Positions 1 to 11,864 of a stretch of DNA of 64,000 nt are shown in pieces. The translations under genes were made by a program, and so were the position numbers. The notes beneath the pieces are model-generated. The model saw nothing but the letters and a program-made list of their open reading frames with translations. It was not told where the DNA came from and did no database searches. The stretch comes from an uncultured Pseudomonadota bacterium (GTDB lineage: Bacteria; Myxococcota_A; Polyangia; Fen-1088), in the NCBI GenBank assembly GCA_963847705.1, contig CAWKBC010000027.1, positions 224,001-288,000 on the forward strand, written 5' to 3'. Every line of letters starts with the position of its first letter. The first letter of the stretch is position 1.

Positions 1-1
1 G

Positions 2-532
2 GGCAGGAGCAGTGGAGCCGGTCTTCTAACGGTTTTCTTCGCCGCTCTGGCGCTCGTGCTGGCCGGGGCCTGCGGCCCCGTCGTCGGCGGCTGTCACAAC
101 GGAACCTGCTCCTGCCCACAGGGCGACGACTGCCGGTTCGTCTGCACCGCGCCCCCCTGCCACGCGACCTGCGATGGGAACAACCACAGCTGCCAGGCCG
201 TGTGCGCCAACGGCACCTGCACCTGCGGCAGCGGAAGCTCCTGCGACTTCTCCTGCCAGACGCCCCCCTGTCACGTCACGTGCGAGTCGAACAGCAGTTG
301 CTCGGGAACATGCGCGAACGGGCAGTGCGTCTGCGAGGCGGGCAGCACCTGCACCTTCACCTGTTCGGCCTCCCCCTGCCACACCAGCTGCGACACCGGC
401 GCCGCCTGTGTGGTCCACTGCCCGGCCGCGCTGGCCGGCACCGCGGGGTGCGACATCGTCGACTGTGCGGCGGGCGCGCCGGTCATCTGCCCGAGTGGCG
501 ACGTCATCACCTGCGGCGCGGCTTGTCCCTGA
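2..532 (+). CDS. Cys-rich repeat lipoprotein (5'-truncated by the window edge)
   Basis: Frame is open from base 2 and reads LLTVFFAALALVLAGAC (hydrophobic stretch plus lipobox), then about three repeats of CxxGxCxCxxGxxCxFxCxxxPCHxxC. Confidence 0.75.
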   Translation, partial: GRSSGAGLLTVFFAALALVLAGACGPVVGGCHNGTCSCPQGDDCRFVCTAPPCHATCDGNNHSCQAVCANGTCTCGSGSSCDFSCQTPPCHVTCESNSSCSGTCANGQCVCEAGSTCTFTCSASPCHTSCDTGAACVVHCPAALAGTAGCDIVDCAAGAPVICPSGDVITCGAACP

Positions 533-567
533 AGGCGGCTCGGCTCGGCGGCGGGAGGTGAGGAGGG

Positions 568-597
568 TTGACGGACGGCAGACCGGTAGCGTAAGAA
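568..597 (+). promoter_or_regulatory. Putative sigma70 promoter for tRNA-Thr
   Basis: TTGACG, 18 nt spacer, TAAGAA, about 20 nt upstream of the tRNA. Confidence 0.4.
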
Positions 598-618
598 CCG
601 GTGCCTCATTCAAGGTTC

Positions 619-690
<72 letters not shown>

Positions 691-759
691 CAGGGATTTA
701 AGCAGGAAACCAGCGAGAAAAGCGCCGGCGGTCGGCATCTCGGGCCGATCGCGATCTGC

Positions 760-990
760 CTACCGCGGCACCCCGGCCGCCTGCATCGCCCTCAGAAAGG
801 CGGTGTGAGCCGTGGAGACGGCGGTGTACGTCTCGGAGTCGTCGTCCGGATCGACCTCACCGTCGGTCGGCGGCCCGGCATCCATCGTGTCGATCTTCAG
901 GACGTTCCCCAAGAGCTCGTCGAGCTGGTCGTTGATGGCCTGGAAGGCTGGGAAGAGGTCGGCGTACGGGTTTCGCGTCTTCGGCGGCAT
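760..990 (-). CDS. Small acidic hypothetical protein (76 aa)
   Basis: Non-shadow composition; TACGAT -10-like hexamer 7 nt before the ATG. Confidence 0.6.
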   Translation of the reverse strand: MPPKTRNPYADLFPAFQAINDQLDELLGNVLKIDTMDAGPPTDGEVDPDDDSETYTAVSTAHTAFLRAMQAAGVPR

Positions 991-1060
991 GCCGAAGATC
1001 GTAGCGCGCAGATCGGCGACGTGCAGAACGTAGGGCCCTGACCGAGGGCGCCCAGCCGCC

Positions 1061-2503
1061 CTACTGCCATGTCTCGGCGCCCGGCTGCATGAAGAACGGC
1101 GCCGCCGTATTGGCGTTCTTGCCGAGCGGCGGGAAGCGCGCGTGCAACGAGTAGACGGCCACCAGCGCCAGCCCGCCCAGCGCGACCACGGCGGCGACGT
1201 GCCAGCGCCGGCGTCCCCGCCGCCACATCCACGCGACGCCGACGCCGAACATCGCGCACAGCACCGGCGCGACGAACTGCAGGTAGGCCCCCTTGATCGG
1301 ACCGAAGTCGTCGTTCGGATACTTGATCGCGAAGTGGAGCTGGCCGAGGAGGCCGATCAGCGGAACGAGCAGGAGCGCGAAGCGGGGGTCGGGCTCGCCG
1401 TCGGGGCGGCGGCGCCAGAGCCGGCGGACCGCGCCGAACCAGGCCATCGTGGTCACCAGCGCGATGAGCGTCCCGCCCACCACCGACAGGCAGCCGAGGG
1501 TGACGCCGGCCGCCGACACCCGGCGCAGCTGGCCGTACTTGCCGCCCCCGGAGTAGCCATAGACGTAGTAGTCGTTGAAGGTCGTCGCGATCAGGACCGG
1601 AAGGAAGCGCGCGTTCGGCTTCAGGCCGGTGGGGACCACCGCATGGAGGTAGATCTGCGGTGTCCAGCCAACGTAGAACGCGAGCGGCCGGCGCTTGAAG
1701 TACGGGATCCCTTCGTAGACTGCCTGGTTCGGCTTGAGCGCCCCGTCGTACCCGGTCGGCGACATCTTGCCGTAGAGGATCTGGTTGCGGACGAAGAACG
1801 GACCCGTCAGGCAGGCCAGGACCATCCCACCGCCGACGATCGGCAGCGCGCGGGCGCGCAGCGCGCGCCACCAGGACGGCCGGGCCCGGACGATCTCCAG
1901 CGCGAGCGCGGCGCCGACCGACACCGCCAGCACCGACGCCGAGATCTTGCTCATCATCGCCAGCGCCGTCAGCAGCCCGAGCCCGACCATCGGCCCGACG
2001 CGCCCGGCGCGCGCCGCCGTGATCGCCGCAGGCGCGAGGACCAGCACGGCAGCCGACAGCAGCAGCAGCAGCGTCTCGTTCGTGATCATGCCGTCCTCCT
2101 GGACGGCGGGCGGGATGACGGCGGCCAACGCCAGCGCGACGACCCGGGCGAGGCGGGATTCGGGAAGCCATCGCTCGAGGCCGACCCAGACCAGCCCGAG
2201 GCGGGTCATCCCGCACAGCGCCGCCAGCCACCCGAGCGCCCCCGCGCCCAGGCCGTGCGCCACCAGGAACGCCGCCACCAGATAGTAGAGCGGAGGGTGG
2301 TAGGAAGACGCGTTGTAGGACAGCGGCGGCAGCCGGTGGTGCGCGACCAGGTACTGGATGTACGGCCAGTGCGAATTGAAGTCGTAACCGATGCGCGCGT
2401 CGTACGTGAGCGCCATCGAGAGCCGGAGCAGGACGCCGACGCCCAGCACGATCAGCTCGGGCTCGCGGGCCCGAGCCCAGCGGCCTATCTTGTCGATTCC
2501 CAC
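1061..2503 (-). CDS. Polytopic membrane glycosyltransferase, ArnT/PMT (GT-C fold)-like
   Basis: Many TM helices, GYD loop and YHPPLYY motif typical of GT-C enzymes; start moved to GTG 2503 (uncertain). Confidence 0.7.
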   Translation of the reverse strand: MGIDKIGRWARAREPELIVLGVGVLLRLSMALTYDARIGYDFNSHWPYIQYLVAHHRLPPLSYNASSYHPPLYYLVAAFLVAHGLGAGALGWLAALCGMTRLGLVWVGLERWLPESRLARVVALALAAVIPPAVQEDGMITNETLLLLLSAAVLVLAPAAITAARAGRVGPMVGLGLLTALAMMSKISASVLAVSVGAALALEIVRARPSWWRALRARALPIVGGGMVLACLTGPFFVRNQILYGKMSPTGYDGALKPNQAVYEGIPYFKRRPLAFYVGWTPQIYLHAVVPTGLKPNARFLPVLIATTFNDYYVYGYSGGGKYGQLRRVSAAGVTLGCLSVVGGTLIALVTTMAWFGAVRRLWRRRPDGEPDPRFALLLVPLIGLLGQLHFAIKYPNDDFGPIKGAYLQFVAPVLCAMFGVGVAWMWRRGRRRWHVAAVVALGGLALVAVYSLHARFPPLGKNANTAAPFFMQPGAETWQ

Positions 2504-2865
2504 TTCATTGCCGCTCGCTTGAGCCTGGCAACGATACCGCTCCATGGACTTCTTGCACAGTTCGGCCGTGCAAGTCTGATCCTCACACGCGCCCGGGGCG
2601 GATCTGGATCGTCGGCTTGTTTCGCCGCCACCGGCGCGCTTTAAAAAGACAGAGGACGTGTTGCGATACTGCGGCATCCGAGAACTGGGTCATGATTGCA
2701 GAGCCCGGTGCGCTCCCTGGGCAGCTCGTCCTCTTGGGAGAAACGATAAGGCTTCCTCCTACGGATGGCGTCCGGATCAAGCCGCAAATGGACCCTTCCA
2801 AGGGAATCAGACAATGCCTTACGACATGGGGCCCTTCATCGAACCGACGGGCCCCCAGACGCCGG

Positions 2866-5769
2866 CTACCCGCGCGCCCGGGCGGTCTGCATCAGGGTCT
2901 GCAGCAGCTTCGGGTCGACGGGCTTGGTCAGGTGGTGATCGAAGCCGGCCTCGGCGGTGCGCGCGCGGTCCTCGGCCTGGCCGAAGCCGGTGATGGCCAC
3001 CAGCAGGGGGCGCGGCCCGTCGATGCGGGCGCGCAGACTCTTCGCCACCTCGAATCCGTTCAGCTTGGGGAGACCGATGTCGAGCAACACCACGTTGGGG
3101 TTCATCTCGCGCGCGGCCGCCAGCGCCGACAGCCCGTCGTGGGCCACCCGCACCTCGTGGGCGGAGAGGCGCAGCAGACGCGACAGGGTCTCGGCAGCGT
3201 CGACGTTGTCGTCGACGACCAGGATCCGCTCGGGGTGCGGTCCGCGTGCGGCGTCGGGCGCGGCGTCGTGCGCGCCTCGGGCGCCCGCGTCCCCGATCGC
3301 CCGGTCATCCTCCTCCGCGAGCGGCAGCCGCACCACCAGCTCGCTGCCGCATCCCGCCCCCGCGCTGCGCGCCTCGATGTCGCCGTCGTGCATCGCGACC
3401 AGCTGCCTGACGAGCGCCAGCCCGATCCCCAGCCCCTCTTGCTTGCGCTGGCCCGGCGACTGGATCTGCGTGAACATCTCGAACACGCGCTCGCGCATGT
3501 CGGGCGGGATGCCGATGCCGTCGTCCTTCACGGAGAGGACGACGCGGGTGCCCTCCCGCCGCGCCGCCAGCGCGACGTGGCCTCCCTCGGCGGTGAACCG
3601 GGCCGCGTTGTTGAGCAGGTTCGAGATGATCTGCGTCAACCGCGCGCCGTCTCCCCGGATCGGCAGCGGCTCCGGCGACATGTCGATCGCCAGCTGGTGA
3701 TGGCGGGCGGTGAAGAGGGGCTGGACCGCCTCGACCGCCTGCGCGACGATCGGACGGAGGTCGAGCGCGGACCGGTTCAGGGTGATCTTGCCCAGCGTGA
3801 TGCGCGAAACGTCCAGCAGGTCGTCGACCAGGCGGGTGAGCTGCGCGGTCTGCCGGGCGATGATGTCGCGCGCCCACACCATTGCCTCGTCGGCCGGTTC
3901 CCGCAGCCGCATGATCTCGACGGCCATCGTGATGGGCGCCAGCGGGTTGCGCAGCTCGTGGGAGAGCACGGCCAGGAATTCATCCTTGCGGCGGTCAGCC
4001 TCGCGCAGCGCCTCGGCCACCCGGGCCTGCGCCAGCAGCCGCCGGTGCTCCTCTTCCGCGCGCTTTCGCTCGGTGATCACCTCGGTGAACATGATGATCC
4101 CGCCGATCTCGTTGCGCGCGTTTCGCCAGGGCCGGATCTCCCAGCGCAGCCACTCGGTGGAGCCGTCGGTCCGGGCGAACGAGTCGTCCCCGTGGACATC
4201 CACCGTCCCCTCCAGGCAACGATGGTGCACCTCCTTCCAGTGCGCGGGGATCCCGGGGAAAACGTCGTAGTGACTGCGGCCGATCAGGTCCTGCTCGCCG
4301 AGGTTGTAGTCGGTCAGCCAGCGGGGACTGTAGATGAGGTAGCGCATGTCGCGGTCGAACATCGCGACCGCCGCCGGGACGTGCCGCACGAAATGCCGCA
4401 CCTGCTCCTCGCTCTGCCGGATCACCTGCTCGGCACGCTTGCGATCGGTGATGTCGTGCCCGACGGACTGGAATTCGATGACCCGGCCCCGCTCGTCGAA
4501 GAACCCGCGGTCGGCCCACTCCATCCAGCGCACCTCGCCCCCTGCACCCGACACCTGGTGCTCGCTCGACGCGACGGGGCTCTCGGGGGTGATGGTGGCC
4601 AGGAACGCCTCCGAGAGCGAGCGCGGATACGGGGAGGGGAACTGCCGGCGGTTCTTCCCGATCAGCTCTTCGGCCGAGCGCTGGAAGTGGCGACAATAGG
4701 CGCCGTTGACGAAGGTGTAGGTCCCGTCGGCCAAGAAACGACAGATGAGATCGGTTTGATCTTCGACCACCGCGCGGTACTGCTCCTGGCTGCGCCGCAG
4801 GCTGGCCGCCGCCTGCGTGTTTTGCCAGACCAGCGCCGCCAGCAGCATCAGCGGAATGGAGATGAAGAGGAAGAACCCCTGCAGCGCGACGATGATCTGG
4901 GCGACCGAGCCGATGGCGAACGGGCCCCGACCGGCGCGCGTGCACAGGAGCGCCACCAGGACGACGACCAGCAGGTGGAGGCCCAGCGCGCCGGGGCCGA
5001 AGCGAACCGCCGACCAGAGGAGAAATGGCAGCGGCACGATCACCAGCCACTGATGAGGCGGCTGGCCCGGCTTCCAGGCGAAAAGCAGGGGGAGCGTCAG
5101 GCACAAGCACGCGGTGAGCAACACGAGCTCGGCGACCTGGCGCGGCCTGCGGCGGATCCCCTGCAGGCCGTTGGCCGCGAAGGAGAGGATCGGCGCCCCG
5201 ACGATGACCGAGCCGGAGATCCGCGCCAGCACGCGCTGCTGCCAGGGGGCCCAGAAGTCGTGCACGAAACCGCTGGCGAGGTAGATGCCGACGACCACCG
5301 CCTGGACGACGAACGGCACCAGGAACGTCCCGCCGAAGATGAAGGCGCCCATGCGGCGCAGGCTGTCGAGGCGGGGCGGTTGACCGAGAATTGGCCGCAG
5401 GAGCGCGGCGGCCACCGCGGCCTGCACGAACTGACTGGCGATCTGGACCAACATCATCGATACCGACACGTGCGGACTGAGGGTGGCCGTCAGCTGCACG
5501 TGGGTCGGCAGCAGCGCCACGGCGTAAAGCCACCAGCGGCGGACCGGGGTGATCAGCAGCGCGGCCAGCAGGATCCCTTGCGGCAGCCAGATCTCGGTCG
5601 GCCCGCCCGGCACCAACCGCAGCTCCATCCCGAGCGCGCCGCCGGCGTAATACCCGGCGCACACGAGGAGCGTCGCGAGCAGCGCTCGGCGCACCGGATG
5701 GAGCTGAGCGGGCGCCGCCGCGTCGCCCGCGGGCGCGTCCGTTGCTCCCAGAGAAAGGAAACTGTGCAT
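2866..5769 (-). CDS. Hybrid sensor histidine kinase (MASE1, 2 PAS, HisKA, HATPase, receiver)
   Basis: MASE1-like IWLPQG and TM region, PAS/PAC motifs DITDRKRAE, H-box LSHELRNPL, G-boxes DDGIG/GLGIGL, receiver VVDDN...LLDIGLP...KP. Confidence 0.92.
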   Translation of the reverse strand: MHSFLSLGATDAPAGDAAAPAQLHPVRRALLATLLVCAGYYAGGALGMELRLVPGGPTEIWLPQGILLAALLITPVRRWWLYAVALLPTHVQLTATLSPHVSVSMMLVQIASQFVQAAVAAALLRPILGQPPRLDSLRRMGAFIFGGTFLVPFVVQAVVVGIYLASGFVHDFWAPWQQRVLARISGSVIVGAPILSFAANGLQGIRRRPRQVAELVLLTACLCLTLPLLFAWKPGQPPHQWLVIVPLPFLLWSAVRFGPGALGLHLLVVVLVALLCTRAGRGPFAIGSVAQIIVALQGFFLFISIPLMLLAALVWQNTQAAASLRRSQEQYRAVVEDQTDLICRFLADGTYTFVNGAYCRHFQRSAEELIGKNRRQFPSPYPRSLSEAFLATITPESPVASSEHQVSGAGGEVRWMEWADRGFFDERGRVIEFQSVGHDITDRKRAEQVIRQSEEQVRHFVRHVPAAVAMFDRDMRYLIYSPRWLTDYNLGEQDLIGRSHYDVFPGIPAHWKEVHHRCLEGTVDVHGDDSFARTDGSTEWLRWEIRPWRNARNEIGGIIMFTEVITERKRAEEEHRRLLAQARVAEALREADRRKDEFLAVLSHELRNPLAPITMAVEIMRLREPADEAMVWARDIIARQTAQLTRLVDDLLDVSRITLGKITLNRSALDLRPIVAQAVEAVQPLFTARHHQLAIDMSPEPLPIRGDGARLTQIISNLLNNAARFTAEGGHVALAARREGTRVVLSVKDDGIGIPPDMRERVFEMFTQIQSPGQRKQEGLGIGLALVRQLVAMHDGDIEARSAGAGCGSELVVRLPLAEEDDRAIGDAGARGAHDAAPDAARGPHPERILVVDDNVDAAETLSRLLRLSAHEVRVAHDGLSALAAAREMNPNVVLLDIGLPKLNGFEVAKSLRARIDGPRPLLVAITGFGQAEDRARTAEAGFDHHLTKPVDPKLLQTLMQTARARG

Positions 5770-6020
5770 CCCCGATCGTGCCCTGGCGTCGGGGCCAGAT
5801 GCACACGTACCGCAGCGTACATCGAGAGGGAAACGGATCAACCCGTGACCCAAGATTCGCCGGCGCGATGCTCCGGGAGGTCTTCCGCGTCTCTAGGGGT
5901 TCGTACGAGGGACATCGCGCCAGATCGCGCCTCGAAAGTAGGAATTTCCCTAGCGCCAGCCCGTGCGCGATCGGGCAGGTTGAATCCTTCGTTCAACCCC
6001 AACGCGAAGGAGACCGAGAG

Positions 6021-6248
6021 ATGGCAGTGAGGACACACGCTGGCTGCAAGGCCGGCATCACGAGGACCTGGAAAGCGACCGCGCGTTACCTGAAGGGCGC
6101 TCCGGTGTCCATCGTCGCCCCGGTGCACGGGGTCTTCCAATCGATGATCGCCCTGATCGAGACCAAGAACGTCTGCCCGCTGCACCCCGAGGATCTCCCC
6201 GACGCCGTCGTCGCGGCGACGACGAAGAGAAAGCCCGCGCGCGCCTAG
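6021..6248 (+). CDS. Small hypothetical protein (75 aa)
   Basis: AAGGAG Shine-Dalgarno before ATG 6021; host-like codon usage. Confidence 0.65.
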   Translation: MAVRTHAGCKAGITRTWKATARYLKGAPVSIVAPVHGVFQSMIALIETKNVCPLHPEDLPDAVVAATTKRKPARA

Positions 6249-6317
6249 GACGCGCGCGCCTGGAGTCGGGGGGCCGCCCGATTGACCGGCGGCCTGTTGT
6301 CGCGCAGACCCTAGGGT

Positions 6318-7124
6318 GTGAACCGCGCCTACGGCATCGCGTTCGTCCTCCTGCTGGTGACCGGCGGCGGGCTGCTCTGGTGGTGGCATCAGCGCTCCGC
6401 GGCGGAAGTGGTGGCGACGCCGGCGCCCACCGTCGCTCCGGCGGCGCCTCCGGCGCCCGCGGCGCCGCCTGCCGCTCCGGTGATCCGCCATCCCCTGTCG
6501 GCAGCGCCGGCGGGCAAGTTGCCGTCGCTCGACAGCTCCGATTCCTACTTCGACAGCGCGCTCTCCGAGCTGCTCGGGCACCAGAAGCTGCGGGCGTTCT
6601 TTCAGCTGGACGGTGTAGCCCGCCGGTTCGTCGCCACGGTGAACAACCTCGCCACCGACGACGCGTCCCCCTCGCTCTGGCCGGTCAAGACCACGGAGGG
6701 CCGGTTCGAGACCGAGTCGCGCGCCGGCGAGACGACCATCGCCTCCCGCAACGGGGATCGCTATCTCCCGTTCGTGCGCCTCGTCGAGGGGATCGACGCC
6801 CACCGGGCGGTGGCGCTCTATCTGCGCGTCTATCCTCTGCTGCAGCAGGCCTACGAGGATCTCGGGTACCCCGGGAAGTACCTCAACGATCGCGTGGTCG
6901 AGGTGATCGACAACCTGCTCGCCACCCCCACGCCCGCGGGACCGATCGCGGTCAAGCGGTTCACGGCGGACGGCGGGTCTCCGACCGGCCTCTACGTCTA
7001 CGCAGATCCCGCGCTCGAGGCCAGCCCGGCGGGCCAGAAGATCCTGCTGCGCATGGGGCGCGACAACGCCGCGCTGCTCACGGCCAAGCTCCGGGAGATC
7101 CGGGCGCTGATCGCGGCCCGTTGA
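6318..7124 (+). CDS. DUF3014 domain membrane-anchored protein
   Basis: N-terminal TM, Pro/Ala linker, motifs YPLLQQAYEDLGYP and ADPALEASPAGQKILLRMG. Confidence 0.85.
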   Translation: MNRAYGIAFVLLLVTGGGLLWWWHQRSAAEVVATPAPTVAPAAPPAPAAPPAAPVIRHPLSAAPAGKLPSLDSSDSYFDSALSELLGHQKLRAFFQLDGVARRFVATVNNLATDDASPSLWPVKTTEGRFETESRAGETTIASRNGDRYLPFVRLVEGIDAHRAVALYLRVYPLLQQAYEDLGYPGKYLNDRVVEVIDNLLATPTPAGPIAVKRFTADGGSPTGLYVYADPALEASPAGQKILLRMGRDNAALLTAKLREIRALIAAR

Positions 7125-7131
7125 CCTTGGG

Positions 7132-7290
7132 CTACATCGCGCTCTGGATGTTGTTGAAGGTGTTGCTGATCTTGCCGCCCAGGACGAACACCACGGCAAT
7201 GATGAGTCCGGCGATGGCGGCAACGATGAGCCCGTACTCGACGGCGGTTGCGCCCTGCTCGTCCCGAAGTAAGTGAAGAAGCGCTCGCAT
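7132..7290 (-). CDS. flp: Flp family type IVb pilin (52 aa, absent from ORF track)
   Basis: MRALLHLLRDEQG/ATAVEYGLIVAAIAGLIIAVVFVLGGKISNTFNNIQSAM; G/XXXXEY Flp motif; AGGAG RBS. Confidence 0.92.
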   Translation of the reverse strand: MRALLHLLRDEQGATAVEYGLIVAAIAGLIIAVVFVLGGKISNTFNNIQSAM

Positions 7291-7499
7291 GCTTTGCTCC
7301 TGAGGTTTTGCCCGCGACAGGCGCCGACACTAACGCCGCGCCGGATCGACTTTCCAGGGCGAAGTTGGGGCCTCACCAACGTCGTGACGCGGGTCGCCTC
7401 GCGCCGTTTCGCCTCGGTCAAGACGAGGCCGCGCCCGGTCAATCCCCGGAGGGAACTCAGGTGGGCGGGCCGGGGACCTCGAGCTCGGGCTGGCGACCG

Positions 7500-7700
7500 C
7501 TGGCCAGCGCTCGGCGAGCGTGGCGTCGGGGGCGCGCATCAACTCGGGCGTCGTCCGGGCGAAGATCTGCATCAGCGCCGGGATGACCGCGGTCCATCCG
7601 GTCTGGTGGCTGGCGCCGCTGCCGGCCCCGTGGTCGCCGCGGACGTACTCGTAGAAGGGGATGGCATCGCGGAAGCGCGGATCGTCGGGGGCCCACTCTT
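7500..7700 (-). pseudogene. C-terminal remnant of a GH63-like glucosidase
   Basis: Minus frame reads DDPRFRDAIPFYEYVRGDHGAGSGASHQTGWTAVI, matching the FxEYFHGDxGxGxGASHQTGWT terminal motif; no start codon or N-terminal part. Confidence 0.7.
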
Positions 7701-7911
7701 TCCAGGGCGCTCCCGCCGCGCTGCCTCCGCCAGACGTGTCTGCTCCGCCTTCGCTGCTCGCTCCGTCTGTCGTTACTCGTCGCTCATCAGAAGCAATATG
7801 GGTTTCGGCGATCGGTCAGGCGTGTAAGGCGGGCTCCCGAATTGGCGTCCGGCGAGGGGGCGCCGCCGGCGGCCGTCCGAAGCAGTCTTAGGTTTAGCCT
7901 CGGGAGGGGGT

Positions 7912-8697
7912 GTGACGATCGTGAAGGTGGAGGCGGTGTTCTTCTCGGTGCTGGCGTTGTTGTTCCTGGGGATGATCGCGATGCAGATCGCCGGTCATCG
8001 CTACGGGATTCGCCGCGGGGGCGACGAGCTGTTCGGCAGCTCGGAGGGGACGGCCGCGGTCGAGGCGGCGCTCTACGCGCTCCTGGGCCTCTTCGTCGCT
8101 TTCACCTTCAGCGGCGCCTCGGACCGTCTGGAGGCGCGGCGGCAGTTGATCGTCGAGGAGTCCAACGCGATCGGCACCGCCTACCTGCGCCTCGATCTCC
8201 TCCCGGCGGCCGACCAGCCGCCCATCCGCGTCGAGATGCGCCGCTACCTCGAGTCGCGCCTGACGTTCTACGACCGCCTGCTCGACTTCCGGGGGGCGGC
8301 CGAGGAGCGGGAAGGTGCCGACCGGATCCAGCAACAGATCTGGACCCACGCGGTGACCGCCGCGGCCCGCGCGCCGGACACCCGCGCCACCCTGCTGGTG
8401 TTGCCCAGCCTGAACGCGATGTTCGACGCCGCGAGCAAGCGTTACGCCGCGCTGCGGATGCACCTGCCGGTGGCGATCTTCATCCAGCTCCTGCTGATCG
8501 CGCTTGTCTGCGGGTTCTTCGCGGGGATCGGGATGTCCAAGCGAAAACGGCCGAGCTACCTGCACATGGTGATGTTCGCGGGCGTCATCGCGGTCACCGC
8601 CTACGTCATCCTCAACCTCGAGTATCCGCGGGTGGGGTTCGGACGCCTGCGGGCCCTCGACGTCGTCCTGCGCGAGCAGCTGGCCGCCATGCGCTGA
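7912..8697 (+). CDS. DUF4239 / bestrophin-like membrane protein
   Basis: ALLGLFVAFTFSGA...RRQLIVEESNAIGTAYLR and C-terminal ILNLEYPRVG motifs. Confidence 0.8.
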   Translation: MTIVKVEAVFFSVLALLFLGMIAMQIAGHRYGIRRGGDELFGSSEGTAAVEAALYALLGLFVAFTFSGASDRLEARRQLIVEESNAIGTAYLRLDLLPAADQPPIRVEMRRYLESRLTFYDRLLDFRGAAEEREGADRIQQQIWTHAVTAAARAPDTRATLLVLPSLNAMFDAASKRYAALRMHLPVAIFIQLLLIALVCGFFAGIGMSKRKRPSYLHMVMFAGVIAVTAYVILNLEYPRVGFGRLRALDVVLREQLAAMR

Positions 8698-8772
8698 TCC
8701 GCGGGCGACCGGCGGCCAGCCGGTGAGGCGATCGTCCGGGCCGAGTGACTGTTCGCGAGGTAAGGTCCGGGC

Positions 8773-9300
8773 GTGCGGATCTTGGCGTTGCTGGCCTGCC
8801 TCCTCGGGGTGGCGTCCGTCGCTCGGGCGCAGATGGCCCCCCCGGACTTGACCCCTGGGCAGGTCGCCGCGGCGCGGGCGTACGAGGCGCAGAAGAAGAG
8901 CGTGGCCCTGGCGGTGACGCTGGAGGCGCTGTCGCCGATCGCCGGCGTCGGCGGGTTTTACGCCCACGACACGGACCGGGCGACCTTCCTGGCGATCATG
9001 AGCGGGCTCGCGGCGGGCGCTGGCGTCGGCTCGGCGTTCTGGCTCATTCACCTCGACGGCCAGCACTCGAGCGGGGTCGATCGCGTGTTCCAGGACGCGG
9101 AGCAGGGGGCGGCCATCACCGTGCTGGCCACGGCGGCGGTCGTCTACCTGGTGGCGCGGATCTCGGGACTGGTGGCGGCGCCCGAAGCGACGGCGGCCTT
9201 CAACGAGAATCTGCGTCAGGGGCTGGGCGCGCCGCCCTCCGAGCCGGTGGTCCCGTTCCATGCGCTCGCGCCGGGGGCCATGTTCACCCTCCGCTTTTGA
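8773..9300 (+). CDS. Hypothetical exported/membrane protein
   Basis: Signal peptide (ARA-Q), two hydrophobic helices, C-terminal Phe. Confidence 0.65.
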   Translation: MRILALLACLLGVASVARAQMAPPDLTPGQVAAARAYEAQKKSVALAVTLEALSPIAGVGGFYAHDTDRATFLAIMSGLAAGAGVGSAFWLIHLDGQHSSGVDRVFQDAEQGAAITVLATAAVVYLVARISGLVAAPEATAAFNENLRQGLGAPPSEPVVPFHALAPGAMFTLRF

Positions 9301-9318
9301 CGCCTCCGGGTCTGACGC

Positions 9319-11838
<2,520 letters not shown>

Positions 11839-11864
11839 GGGCGTCCGAATATATACTGCGCCGC

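Noticed and set aside
2617-6030. 1137-aa plus-strand ORF (and similar long antisense ORFs such as 9394..11868 and 29181..31352)
   Set aside because: Shadow frames opposite well-supported genes; expected in high-GC DNA and showing no motifs
7291-7460. Possible c-di-GMP riboswitch upstream of flp
   Set aside because: Only a GGGCAAAACC-like fragment; the paired GNRA/receptor architecture is not identifiable
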